Shown: positions 1 to 9,319, counted from the stretch's first letter. The stretch: DNA of 64,000 nucleotides from Candidatus Paraprochloron terpiosi LD05 (GCA_018141785.1 CP073341.1:3129422-3193421); one strand, 5' to 3'. Numbers and translations are program-made. The notes: generated by a model from the letters alone, not told the origin.

Positions 1-576
1 CAGATGGCTACGAATAACCCCACCAGCATCTGGTGTCAAGGACACGTATTCTCCTCTTGAGAAGACAAACCAATCTAATTCACCATCAAGTACCCGCCAA
101 ACTATGTATTCCGGCACCGCATTGCGGCGATATACTTCTTTTTTATCCCGGAAGTCAATATTAGCTGTGCTGGCTGCGATTTCAACCACAAGTTCTGGAG
201 CACCCTCAATGTAGCCATCAGCACTGAGGCGAGATTGGCCCCCAGATGAGCCATCGATTAGGAGTACAGCATCGGGTTGTGGTTCGTTGTCCAGATCCAG
301 CCGCACGGTGGGATTATCCCCCAGACGAACACCAGGAGTAGCAATTTTGTAAGTGCCTAACCAGATCATTAAGTCTGCGTGGGGTTCAGCATGGGGTTCA
401 AATCGCAACGGTGATGCCATATAGACAATTCTTTCAATTAGTTCTGCTTTTTTGAGGTGGGGCATAGCACTGTAGCGCCGCTCGAACTCGGAACGGGTCA
501 GGAAGTCGCCATTTTCTAGGGGTAGGGGCGCACTGCCGTCCCCCCGTACTTTTTTGGTTCCGGAAATCCCTGTCAT
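1..576 (-). CDS. Uma2 family (DUF820) endonuclease-like protein; 3' end runs off the window
   Basis: A minus-strand ATG at 576..574 opens a frame reading MTGISGTKKVRGDGSAPLPLENGDFLTRSEFERRYSAMPHLKKAELIERIVYMASP... DNA 1..576 is a near-copy of 721..1283. It is missing from the ORF track only because it is open at position 1. Confidence 0.8.
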   Translation of the reverse strand, partial: MTGISGTKKVRGDGSAPLPLENGDFLTRSEFERRYSAMPHLKKAELIERIVYMASPLRFEPHAEPHADLMIWLGTYKIATPGVRLGDNPTVRLDLDNEPQPDAVLLIDGSSGGQSRLSADGYIEGAPELVVEIAASTANIDFRDKKEVYRRNAVPEYIVWRVLDGELDWFVFSRGEYVSLTPDAGGVIRSHL

Positions 577-590
577 AGTTTACTCCTGCA

Positions 591-1283
591 CTATGGATTT
601 TTTCCGCTCAATTGTTGTCGAAAGGCCGCATGTTCAACGTCCGCTAAACCTGTTTGCAGGGTAGCTAAAACTTGGGGCATATCTCCTGCCAAAAGCGCTG
701 AGACATCTAACCAAAGTCCTGTAAACAGATGGCTACGAATAACCCCACCAGCGTCTGGTGTCAAGGACACGTATTCTCCTCTTGAGAAGACAAACCAATC
801 TAATTCACCATCAAGTACCCGCCAAACTATGTATTCTGGCACTGCATTGCGGCGATATACTTCTTTTTTATCCCGGAGGTCAATATTAGCTGTGCTGGCT
901 GCGATTTCAACCACAAGTTCTGGGGCACCCTCAATGTAGCCATCAGCACTGAGGCGAGATTGGCCCCCGGAGGACCCATCGATTAGGAGTACAGCATCGG
1001 GTTGTGGTTCGTTGTCCAGATCCAGCCGCACGGTGGGATTATCCCCCAAACGAACACCAGGAGTAGCAATTTTATAACTCCACAGCCAACCAATGAGATC
1101 GCTGTGGGGTTCAGCATGAGATTCAAATCGCAATGGTGATGCCATATAGACAATTCTTTCAATTAGTTCAGCTTTTTTAAGGTGTGCCATAGCCCTATAG
1201 CGCCGCTCGAACTCGGAACGGGTCAGGAAGTCGCCATTGTCTAGAGGAGGAAGAGTTTTTTTTGTCTGTGAGATCGCTGTCAT
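591..1283 (-). CDS. Uma2 family (DUF820) endonuclease-like protein
   Basis: 230-aa ORF. The core PELVVEIAASTANIDLRDKKEVYRRNAVPEYIVW matches the (P)D..VE(I/V)-S-...K..Y...GV.EYW pattern shared by all six Uma2-like ORFs in the window. Confidence 0.85.
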   Translation of the reverse strand: MTAISQTKKTLPPLDNGDFLTRSEFERRYRAMAHLKKAELIERIVYMASPLRFESHAEPHSDLIGWLWSYKIATPGVRLGDNPTVRLDLDNEPQPDAVLLIDGSSGGQSRLSADGYIEGAPELVVEIAASTANIDLRDKKEVYRRNAVPEYIVWRVLDGELDWFVFSRGEYVSLTPDAGGVIRSHLFTGLWLDVSALLAGDMPQVLATLQTGLADVEHAAFRQQLSGKNP

Positions 1284-1445
1284 ATTTTCCTAAAATAATA
1301 CTATTGTTCAAAACACTTTGTATGCATACAATAAGCTTTAGTATACAGAGGTAACCTAGTAGTCCACCTGGCGTGGACTTCCCTACAAGAGAGCAATTTA
1401 TGAGCGGGCGGGACCCCCGGCATGGATTAATCGCGGGGGCCAGGT

Positions 1446-3461
1446 CTAGCGCCAACCTTTCCAATCTTCGTTAAAAATAGAAGTACCAGGAAAAGCAGTA
1501 GGATTGCGACTTTTATCTATTTGCCGTCGCAGTAGTTGTAATTGGCGGTTTTTGGGGGAGACATCTTCTACTAATTGATAAGGGAAGATACCTTTTTCTA
1601 ATGCAAAAACAGCAGTCATTCCTGCTGCTACACCAGAAGACCATTCAAAAGAATGGACTCGATAAGCAGCGGCGGCAATATGACTGGTGGCAATACTTTT
1701 ACCCGCTACTAACATATTATCGATTTTCTGGGGAATTAATGCTCTGAGGGGGATCTGAAAGGGATAAGCTTGTCCTGCACCCCTGCGCTCTCCTTCTCTT
1801 TCCGTGTTTCTGGGAGTTTCGGGGGGACTCTGGTTCATACAAGGATGAAAATCGATGGCATAGTGACCAATACCCACACTATCAGGATAAATTCTGGAGC
1901 GTGCGCGCCTTTTTACTGCTTCTAATGGAATATCTCCTAACATTACATCAATTGCATCGTTCCCTGCTAACTCTATCCACAAATCCCGATAGGTGGAGGG
2001 GGACAAAGTATTGCTATAGTATTCATCCCGATAGTTTTGGCGGGAAATATCCAGTTCGGTAATGGTAAAACCTTCTGGATAACTGGAGGAAGGTCTGCCA
2101 ATAATGCGCCTTCCTTCTCGAATATAAGGGTATTTGGATAAGCCATGGACTGTCCCCATAGGAGAAGATAAGCCTGAGAGAAAGCGGTAATTGGGGTGGG
2201 GCTGTTTCACTCCCTCTCCTAAGCGGGAGTCGGTTGTTCCGGCGACGAGCCAATAAAAGAATCCCAGGGCATTTTCTTCTCCCCGTCTCAAGGTTTCAGT
2301 ACGTAAGCCCCCTAACCAGCCTCCGGGGGCTAATTGACCGCTAGTTTCTAGTTGTTCTTTCGTATAGACGAGATTATCCTGGGCTGTTCCGGGACGGTAA
2401 TCATTACCCCAAGTCCAGTTTTGCATGGAGATGTCCCCTGAGGTGGGAACTGTAAAACTAATACCACCAAATTTATCCTTGACTCCTGTTTTGGGACTCC
2501 AAATGCGACGATAAGTGAAGACGAGGTCGAAACTGGCTAATCTTTTCAATTCGTAACTATAATAGGGGGCATAATTGGGATAAAAGTCCGGCATTTGGTG
2601 GGTTTGGGGGGTTTTAGTCGCCTCCATAGCAAAGGTATAGGTAAAACCTTGGGTACAATAAGGATCACCTGTTTCGCTGGAGGAGGAGGGTTCCACAGGG
2701 GAACGGGGATCAACTCCCAAGCGGTAGGGAACGTCAGCGAGAGCAATTATTTCTCCTGTTTCTGTAGCATCGATGATATACTTTGGTGTAAAGCTGATGA
2801 TGGTTTTCTCGAATTCTGTTGAATCTTCATAGCGATACCAATCTTCTATATGTTGGGAGAGGGTTTGGGTTTGCTTCCCATCTTTTGGTTGGTGTTCAAT
2901 GGCGATCGCAGTGGTAATTTGTTTACCAGTAGAGTCGGTTTCCAATTCTTTGATAACGGTGTTGGGATACCATTTGAGGGTACCTTTACCCTGTTTTGCA
3001 GCCGTCAACAACTGCTGGAATAATATTTGGTGGGCGTCTCGGGGGAGAAAACAGGATACACTCACCCAACAATCCCCAGGATTGAGTTTACCGTAGTATT
3101 TGGCAATGCGATCCCGCAGTTCCAAATATCCTCGGGGATAGAAGAGCCGTTCCCGCTGGGTAGGTCGTTCGTCTAGGGCTGAGGTTCCTTGGGAGGATAT
3201 TTGTCCTCCTACCCAGTCGGTGATTTCCGTCATACAGACGGTTTTGCCTGCTAGTAAGGCTTCATAGGCAGAAGCGGAGCCGGCTAGTCCCCCTCCTACT
3301 ACGAGGATATCACAAGTTTCGGTTTTGTCTGGGGTTCTGGGAGGTGCTGCTAGGGTAGGAGGAGATAAAGTTTGGCAGAAGACGAGACTAAGGGGTAGGG
3401 AAAGGAAAGAAAAGAGGGAGCGGTTAGTTACGTTTTTTAATGGAAATGGCCAATATTTCAT
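1446..3461 (-). CDS. Secreted or periplasmic FAD-dependent oxidoreductase
   Basis: A hydrophobic N-terminal signal-like stretch is followed by DILVVGGGLAGSASAYEALLAGKTVCMTE (GxGxxG dinucleotide-binding motif). Uninterrupted 671-aa ORF. Confidence 0.7.
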   Translation of the reverse strand: MKYWPFPLKNVTNRSLFSFLSLPLSLVFCQTLSPPTLAAPPRTPDKTETCDILVVGGGLAGSASAYEALLAGKTVCMTEITDWVGGQISSQGTSALDERPTQRERLFYPRGYLELRDRIAKYYGKLNPGDCWVSVSCFLPRDAHQILFQQLLTAAKQGKGTLKWYPNTVIKELETDSTGKQITTAIAIEHQPKDGKQTQTLSQHIEDWYRYEDSTEFEKTIISFTPKYIIDATETGEIIALADVPYRLGVDPRSPVEPSSSSETGDPYCTQGFTYTFAMEATKTPQTHQMPDFYPNYAPYYSYELKRLASFDLVFTYRRIWSPKTGVKDKFGGISFTVPTSGDISMQNWTWGNDYRPGTAQDNLVYTKEQLETSGQLAPGGWLGGLRTETLRRGEENALGFFYWLVAGTTDSRLGEGVKQPHPNYRFLSGLSSPMGTVHGLSKYPYIREGRRIIGRPSSSYPEGFTITELDISRQNYRDEYYSNTLSPSTYRDLWIELAGNDAIDVMLGDIPLEAVKRRARSRIYPDSVGIGHYAIDFHPCMNQSPPETPRNTEREGERRGAGQAYPFQIPLRALIPQKIDNMLVAGKSIATSHIAAAAYRVHSFEWSSGVAAGMTAVFALEKGIFPYQLVEDVSPKNRQLQLLRRQIDKSRNPTAFPGTSIFNEDWKGWR

Positions 3462-3696
3462 CTAGGAACCTCTAAAACAATGGAAACTGGGTAATTTATC
3501 TTCTGAGTGTAAATTATATATAATTTTAGCTACATATTTGTGGATCCTGTGGGAGAGAAGAGCAATTGATGGTAAACTGGGAACCGGACAAGGGATTAAT
3601 CAATGGTCTCATAAAAATCGAAAATGCTTACTCGTTGCGGTCATCGAAGGTGAGAGGCACAATTTTAGCAAAATTAGAGTGAATTACGCACTTTAA

Positions 3697-4023
3697 TTTA
3701 AGGATTTTTATGTAGATCTAGGTGCCAGTAACCTGCTGGCAGCAGAAAAAGAAGCCCGTAAGATTGCAGTGGAAATTAAAAGTTTTACAGGTCGTTCAGA
3801 TATTAATGATTTAGAAAAAGCATTGGGACAATATATATTGTATCATGATATTTTGACAGAAGTAGAGCCATCACGGGAGCTATTTTTAGCTGTTCCTAAT
3901 ACTGTAGCTGAGGATTTATTTGAAGAACCGGTGGGTAAGCTACTGCTTAAAAAACGTCGGTTAAAGCTTATTTCTTTCGCTCCACAACAGGAGGTAATTA
4001 AGCAATGGATCTTGCCAAATTAG
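3697..4023 (+). pseudogene. xisH: xisH-like remnant, N-terminal third missing
   Basis: The frame from 3697 (FKDFYVDLGASNLLAAEKEARKIAVEIKSFTGRS...) parallels the middle and C-terminus of the xisH-like ORF at 47170 (FFIDLGAERIIAAQKDGKKIAVEIKSFLGRS...). There is an in-frame TAA at 3694..3696 and no recognisable N-terminus upstream. Confidence 0.6.
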
Positions 4024-4406
4024 AATGGTATCGTGAAGTAATTGAATCTGTATTGAATGAATATGCAGCATTACCCTACTCCTATGCTAAAATTGAGGCA
4101 GAGGTTGTCTTCGATCGCCTGCGCGATCGCTATTTGTGGATGGATGTAGGTTGGGATGGCGATCTGGGGGTGGGGCACCTTAGTGCCCCACCCGCCAGAT
4201 CTGTTACCACAGATCGCCGTATACATGGCTGTTTAGTCCATATTGACATCATTGACGGTCAAATTTGGATCCAACGGGATGGCACAGAGGATGGTATTGC
4301 AGCGGACCTGGAGCGAGCTGGTATTCCTAAAGAGCATATTGTCTTGGGGTTTCGGTTGCCAGAAATCCGACACTATAGTGGTTATGGGGTCCCTTATAGC
4401 AGTTGA
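4005..4406 (+). CDS. xisI: XisI family protein with a 17-codon in-frame insertion
   Basis: HIDIIDGQIWIQRDGTEDGIAADLERAGIPKEHIVLGF parallels the second xisI-like ORF (HIDIKDGKIWIQRDGTEIGVANELLKMGVPKQDIVLGF). It overlaps the xisH remnant by 19 nt. Confidence 0.8.
   Translation: MDLAKLEWYREVIESVLNEYAALPYSYAKIEAEVVFDRLRDRYLWMDVGWDGDLGVGHLSAPPARSVTTDRRIHGCLVHIDIIDGQIWIQRDGTEDGIAADLERAGIPKEHIVLGFRLPEIRHYSGYGVPYSS
4161..4211. repeat. 51-nt palindromic mini-insertion inside xisI, at a HIP1 site
   Basis: Perfect 11-bp stem GGGTGGGGCAC / GTGCCCCACCC (4168..4178 and 4183..4193) with loop CTTA. An outer imperfect arm is GATCTGG / CCAGATC. GATC flanks both ends within what would otherwise read GGCGATCGCC. 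Confidence 0.7.
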
Positions 4407-4603
4407 CATTTGATAATCGCCAGCTTCTTCATGCCCATTGTTATCACGAGATAGTTGGGGTTTAATGAAGGGAAACTATCACGTCCGGTAAGATAGCCAG
4501 GTGGAGGGGGCGATCTCTTCACCTAGGTTCATTAGGCAATACAAACTAACCCCAAGCACCCAAACCTTTTCAGATTAGCAGATTAAACTCAAGCAACCTG
4601 ATC

Positions 4604-5332
4604 TTAGTCTACATTGGCATCCTTTATTGAGGGATTACTTACCGCTTTAATAAATGCCTCACCAACGATAGTCAGCTTCCAGTAACTTGCTGGCTTTTTC
4701 TCACGTTCACCTGATCTGTTCTCAGTTTCAACCATTGGACGCTCAATAAGTCCTAGGTTAGATAGATGCACATTGGTAAAGTCTGTAGGTTCTTCGATAA
4801 TATCTTTAAATTTAATTTCAAATCCAAATACCTTAAAACTTAAAGTCACCTTTTTAGGAGGATCAGATCGTTGTGCTAAGTCGATAAGTCGATATGCATC
4901 TGTAGAACTTAGTCTGGATAAAATATGAATAAACTCTGGATGAATAGAGCTATCCGCTAATTCGTTAGCAAGTAAGTTACTCCAAAGCTCTTGTAATGTT
5001 TCATCAGTTTCAGTAGACGAAGATTCAATGACTTTGAGCATTATAGATGCCCTTGGCATTCTAGTTGAGTCATATCTACTGTTTGAGGCTTTTTCGGCAG
5101 CACTTTTTAGTATTTGAGCAGCAAGCCATTTTTCGGCATCAACGAATCTGTCAAACTTGGCATTAATAAGCCTACCAATACCACCTGTAGTAGATGTTAT
5201 TGGTGCTAGTAATTCTTTGAAAGTGTAGCAGACAGTATTAACAATTTGATTCCATGAATCATCGGGAATAGCTTCCGCAAGTTTTCCAACACCCGCTAGA
5301 TCAAGACTACGATCTTCAGTCATATATAGCAA
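4604..5332 (-). CDS. Abi-alpha / DUF4393-like protein (tentative)
   Basis: The central segment ETLQELWSNLLANELADSSIHPEFIHILSRLSSTDAYRLIDLA resembles the conserved core I recall for DUF4393/Abi-alpha proteins. This assignment is from memory only. Confidence 0.45.
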   Translation of the reverse strand: MLYMTEDRSLDLAGVGKLAEAIPDDSWNQIVNTVCYTFKELLAPITSTTGGIGRLINAKFDRFVDAEKWLAAQILKSAAEKASNSRYDSTRMPRASIMLKVIESSSTETDETLQELWSNLLANELADSSIHPEFIHILSRLSSTDAYRLIDLAQRSDPPKKVTLSFKVFGFEIKFKDIIEEPTDFTNVHLSNLGLIERPMVETENRSGEREKKPASYWKLTIVGEAFIKAVSNPSIKDANVD

Positions 5333-5509
5333 TCCTAAATTAGTTGTAAATTTTCTCTTGTTGTCTTGGGAGTGCCAGCCTCCTTACAAGCTAAGGATTT
5401 AACTGGAAGCATTGAGAATTTTCCAGGTCGCTGAAGTCAATTATCTGACGGTAAGAAGCACCCCGGAACTGCACAAAGGTTTCTGGGTCGTAGGCGACCA
5501 CATTTATAG

Positions 5510-5556
5510 TATAGCGTGCTGCGCTTTGCGCAGATCCGCGCTAGCGCGGGTCGCCC
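5510..5556. repeat. GC-rich double-hairpin repeat, copy 1
   Basis: TATAGCGTGCTGCGCTTTGCGCAGATCCGCGCTAGCGCGGGTCGCCC. It matches 15030..15076 except that the first hairpin loop is TTT here and AAA there. Confidence 0.8.
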
Positions 5557-5688
5557 CCAAAGGTAACTTGGAGGGTCAGCTGGTCAAGCACCGGGTGAGG
5601 AAAGGTAGCTTGATGGACTTTCCGAGTGTCAACTCCCAAACTGGCACCTCTTCTATTATAATTACCATGTTAGCATATTATAATAATC

Positions 5689-5886
5689 ATGACCACTCAT
5701 TTCATTACCGCTGAAATCGACCTACAAGCAACTCCAGCTCAATTGCACCGGGAAATAGAAGCCGAATTAACTAAACGAGGAGAACCTCTGCGCTGGGCAA
5801 TTACTAGTATAGACAAGGATAAACAAAAAGCCCATGTGGAGGCGATCGTTACTCAACAGTTACCAAGTACCATGACAGTCCAATGA
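5689..5886 (+). CDS. Small hypothetical protein (65 aa)
   Basis: ATG-initiated ORF in an otherwise non-coding gap, with no overlapping longer ORF. No domain recognised. Confidence 0.35.
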   Translation: MTTHFITAEIDLQATPAQLHREIEAELTKRGEPLRWAITSIDKDKQKAHVEAIVTQQLPSTMTVQ

Positions 5887-6079
5887 GTTAAAATTAAAGA
5901 AAAAATTAATTAGTGAGAGAGGGAAGTGAGTTTTCTGAATTTAGAACATTATTGCTTCCCACTCCCAATGGGTTGACAAAAATTGGTGACAATTTATCAA
6001 AAACAAGCTTGAAAACAATTGTTATCTAAAGTTATTGTATATTGCCGCTGTTTTGAGAAAAAGTAGTCAAGATAAATTC

Positions 6080-6403
6080 ATGCCAAGTACTGCCCTCCCT
6101 ACTCGTTCTGCTTTAATTATTACTGGGTTTCACGCTCTCTCGGCTCCCCGGCGATTGCGGGTACTGGAATTACTCCAGGAACGGGAACTCTGTGTCTGTG
6201 ATTTGTGCGCTGCTCTGAATATTTCTCAGTCGAAACTATCCTTTCACCTCAAAACCCTGAAAGAAGCTGCTTTAGTTAATCCTCGTCAAGAAGGGCGTTG
6301 GGTTTACTATAGTCTTAATGTACCTCAATTTGCTGTCTTGGAGGAGTATCTTGCAGCTTATAGTAAGGCGATGGCCTTACCTGCTCGTCTCTGCCAAGAC
6401 TAA
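6080..6403 (+). CDS. ArsR/SmtB family metal-responsive transcriptional regulator
   Basis: ELCVCDLCAALNISQSKLSFHLKTLKEAALVNPRQEGRWVYYSLN is a winged HTH with the CVC metal-site motif. The first in-frame ATG is at 6080; the track start at 6035 is TTG. Confidence 0.8.
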   Translation: MPSTALPTRSALIITGFHALSAPRRLRVLELLQERELCVCDLCAALNISQSKLSFHLKTLKEAALVNPRQEGRWVYYSLNVPQFAVLEEYLAAYSKAMALPARLCQD

Positions 6404-6457
6404 GAGGGAATCGAGTTTATTGTACATACGGTCAACTTTTAGTCTATATACCTTTCT

Positions 6458-7102
6458 ATGATAATTGGAACACGAGAACCAAAAGCGGAGTTACAGTTCG
6501 GGGAGCAACGGGTGGTGCTGAGGGGTATCTCCTGGAAAGCCTACCTACAAATTTTCGATGCACTCCCACAATCCCGTGGTTCTCGTCTCACTTACGATGA
6601 TGGAATATTAGAAATTACTGTGCCTTTAGAAGATCATGAGTTTTTCTGTCGTTTAATTGAACGTTTTATTTTCACTTTAGTTGAACTTATGGGAATGAGG
6701 CTAAAAACCATGGGTTCAACAACCATGAACTATCCTCAGCTCAAGAAAAGCGCAGAACCTGATAACGCTTATTATATCCAAAATCAACCCCTAGTGAAAG
6801 GTCGGAATGTGGATTTTAGCCAAGATCCGCCTCCTGATTTGGTGGTTGAGGTGGACATTACCCATACTGATATTGCCAAAAACGAGTTTTACGCCAGCCT
6901 GGGAGTACCAGAGTTTTGGCGGTTTGATGGCAAGGTATGGCGGATTTACCAACTTGAAGACGGGGTTTATAGGTCAGTTGAGGTGAGCAATACATTTTCC
7001 CAAGTGCCCAAAGAGCTGCTGTATAGGTTTCTGGAGCAAGCAAAAGAGGATGAAATTGCTGCGGTGCAGTCATTACGGGCTTGGTGGATAGAGCAACAAT
7101 GA
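6458..7102 (+). CDS. Uma2 family (DUF820) endonuclease-like protein
   Basis: Contains PDLVVEVDITHTDIAKNEFYASLGVPEFWRFD, the Uma2 core motif. Confidence 0.85.
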   Translation: MIIGTREPKAELQFGEQRVVLRGISWKAYLQIFDALPQSRGSRLTYDDGILEITVPLEDHEFFCRLIERFIFTLVELMGMRLKTMGSTTMNYPQLKKSAEPDNAYYIQNQPLVKGRNVDFSQDPPPDLVVEVDITHTDIAKNEFYASLGVPEFWRFDGKVWRIYQLEDGVYRSVEVSNTFSQVPKELLYRFLEQAKEDEIAAVQSLRAWWIEQQ

Positions 7103-7139
7103 ACAATTTGGCGCCGTAAAGATAAGCTATAATGAGGAT

Positions 7140-7966
7140 GTGCGGCTCGAAAGTCGCAGTAGTTAGTGGGTGAAAGCCCCATGGGGAGTGTCTTCCCCGG
7201 TTCCAGCCCGAAGGAGCTTTGGCAGTAATGCCGGAGTTTCACAGCTAGAGGGTTAAATGGCCAAGCTACTATCAGTCCGATGGTGGTAGCGGCCTAGGGA
7301 AAGTCTGATATGGTGAGCATAAAGCGAAGCTTGCAGCCTCGTTACGTAGGAAGAGTGAAAGCGGTACTGTTACACTCTAACCAAAACGGTATGCGGCATA
7401 TGTGAAAGATGGAATGTCATCGTCATCGCGTAGACACCACGCCGCCGGGGTATGGAGCAGCCCGCCGTCAGACGTATCTAACTACTGTGGAACGAGTAAA
7501 CCTCCACTGGGTCTGAGAAATCAGTAGGATAGCTGTAAAGCGAACCAATTCCCAGGGGAGACAGGACTCTCCTAAGAAGCGAACGCTGCTAGGACGAAAG
7601 TTCAGGGGAATCAATAACCCGGCAGATAGGCAAATGTCTACCCCCGCCATCCGCGATGCCGGGGGGAGCTGACGTAGGAGAGGGTGAAACGTAACGGTAA
7701 AATCCCTTACCACTTGCGATTTTGCCTGTCCATTAGCTGGAACTTGAAACTCAAAGCTCCTCAGAAGTTAGAGGCGTCGGGCAAACGTCAATGGCGAGGA
7801 GATTGGAATTTAAGGACTCAAAGCCCAATCTGAATGAGACCTGAAAGCCGATACAAGTAATGAGGAGTAAACGCGCCAGCGAGTAGGATGATACACCAGG
7901 AGCCGGGTGCTTGGAAACCTGCACGCCCGGTACTGCGAGGGGGAAAACCTGTAAGGGTCTACCTAT
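7140..7966 (+). mobile_element. ORF-less group II intron-like element (3' boundary approximate)
   Basis: Begins GTGCGGCTCG, identical to the first 10 nt of the ORF-containing intron at 63582. Contains GGTGAAAGCC-type D1-like motifs. A domain-V-like hairpin GAGCCGGGTGCTTGGAAACCTGCACGCCCGGTAC lies at 7900..7933, about 33 nt before the proposed end. The track shows no + strand ORF between 7103 and 7887. Confidence 0.55.
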
Positions 7967-7977
7967 CTCGACATTAT

Positions 7978-8271
7978 ATGAACAAGTCTGAAGAATGGGA
8001 ATTAAAACTGCACCCTCGTCAATCAGAAACAATATCTTTAGAGATCCCCAAAGATACCAGAGAATCTCTGAAAAAAGTAGCTAATAGTCGCGATATGTCT
8101 TTTAAAGCATTACTCAAATTTTATCTTGGTCAAGGTTGGCGACAATACTTAGCTCAATTATTTTACCATCGGGTTAGGTTAGCAACTGAAAAAGTTCTAG
8201 CTAACCCGATCCAGTCAGAAGAAGAAATATCTAACATTATGACAGAAATATGCTCAGAAATAAATTTTTAG
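7978..8271 (+). CDS. Small hypothetical protein, possibly RHH/antitoxin-like
   Basis: The ATG at 7978 lies just after the intron-like element; the track start at 7888 falls inside domain V and is unlikely. ISLEIPKDTRESLKKVANSRDMSFKALLKFYLGQG resembles CopG/BrnA-type antitoxin cores, but weakly. Confidence 0.4.
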   Translation: MNKSEEWELKLHPRQSETISLEIPKDTRESLKKVANSRDMSFKALLKFYLGQGWRQYLAQLFYHRVRLATEKVLANPIQSEEEISNIMTEICSEINF

Positions 8272-8362
8272 CCGTAGGGTGCGTCTTGGCGCGATACATC
8301 TTCGGACAATCCGCTAATTGTACAATTCATGATAGTTAGCTATATCAATTTTATAAATTCGT

Positions 8363-9118
8363 TTACTTTTGGCCACTCACAATTTTTTCTGGGCTCAACA
8401 ACTCCCATAAGTGGGTGATTACCATATCCGGTTGAATCCCTTGAACTCTTTCTTCGGTCTCCCTCTTTTTCAGGGAACGCTGATCCCCTGCAAACAAAGC
8501 AGTTTTAAACCCCAATTGTTGCGCTGGATAAATGTCATTGAGCATGTCGTTGCCTACATATAAAGTCTGACTCGGTTCTATCCCCATCTTCTGCAATTGG
8601 GCCTTTAACAACTCATACAGCCCCACCCCTGGCTTCGCCATTCTTTCTCGGTAGGAATACACACACAAGTTGGAGTGAAAGGGGGGCAAAGGATCGCAAT
8701 CTGAAAAAGGTTCACCTTGCAAAGAGTCTTCTAAGTCACTGTTTACAACATTGCTTAAACCACTGTTTAAAAAGAAGCGTAACAACATAGGGGTGAAAAA
8801 CTGAGCCACCCCTCTTTCTTTAATCTCTGTTAAGACTCGTTTCATCTCTGGCATGGGAAAGGTTGGGTTGTTTCTAAATTCAAAAGCCATGCTCAAAGTC
8901 CGAAAGGCGATCTCTCCCATATCCTTTGGAACATAAACCCCTGCAGTTTCTGATCTCCTAGGCAATTTCTGATTGCTCCGCAACCGCCAAAGGCGTCCCA
9001 CCTCTTTCCAAACTTCCTCGATCAACACCTCTGGAAATGGGTTTCCGGCTTCTTTAGCCTCTGCGTGATGGCGAGCAATGGTTTCTTGATACAGTTGAAT
9101 GGCTTCTTTTCCAACCAC
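8363..9118 (-). CDS. HAD-superfamily hydrolase, C-terminal ~250 aa; gene appears frameshifted
   Basis: TLYVGNDMLNDIYPAQQLGFKTALFAGD is the distal HAD motif. HAD motif I (IVFDVYGTL, 9228..9254) lies upstream in a different frame. Confidence 0.6.
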   Translation of the reverse strand: MVGKEAIQLYQETIARHHAEAKEAGNPFPEVLIEEVWKEVGRLWRLRSNQKLPRRSETAGVYVPKDMGEIAFRTLSMAFEFRNNPTFPMPEMKRVLTEIKERGVAQFFTPMLLRFFLNSGLSNVVNSDLEDSLQGEPFSDCDPLPPFHSNLCVYSYRERMAKPGVGLYELLKAQLQKMGIEPSQTLYVGNDMLNDIYPAQQLGFKTALFAGDQRSLKKRETEERVQGIQPDMVITHLWELLSPEKIVSGQK

Positions 9119-9319
9119 CTTATCCGTACAAGGAAATTCCCAGATAGAGCAATACCTCTTTCAGTGCTTCAGCAGCATACTGAGGGAGGTGATTTGTATT
9201 GCCAATACCCCCGGAATCTAATACCAATAAGGTTCCATATACATCAAAGACAATGCTACGAATGCCATTTAGTTCATCAGGACTTAAACGGCAAAGAGAG
9301 GGTTCTCCTGTGAGTTCAG

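Noticed and set aside
5412-5714. 100-aa track ORF.
   Set aside because: It spans the GC-rich double-hairpin repeat and promoter-like AT-rich DNA, and has no coding signature.
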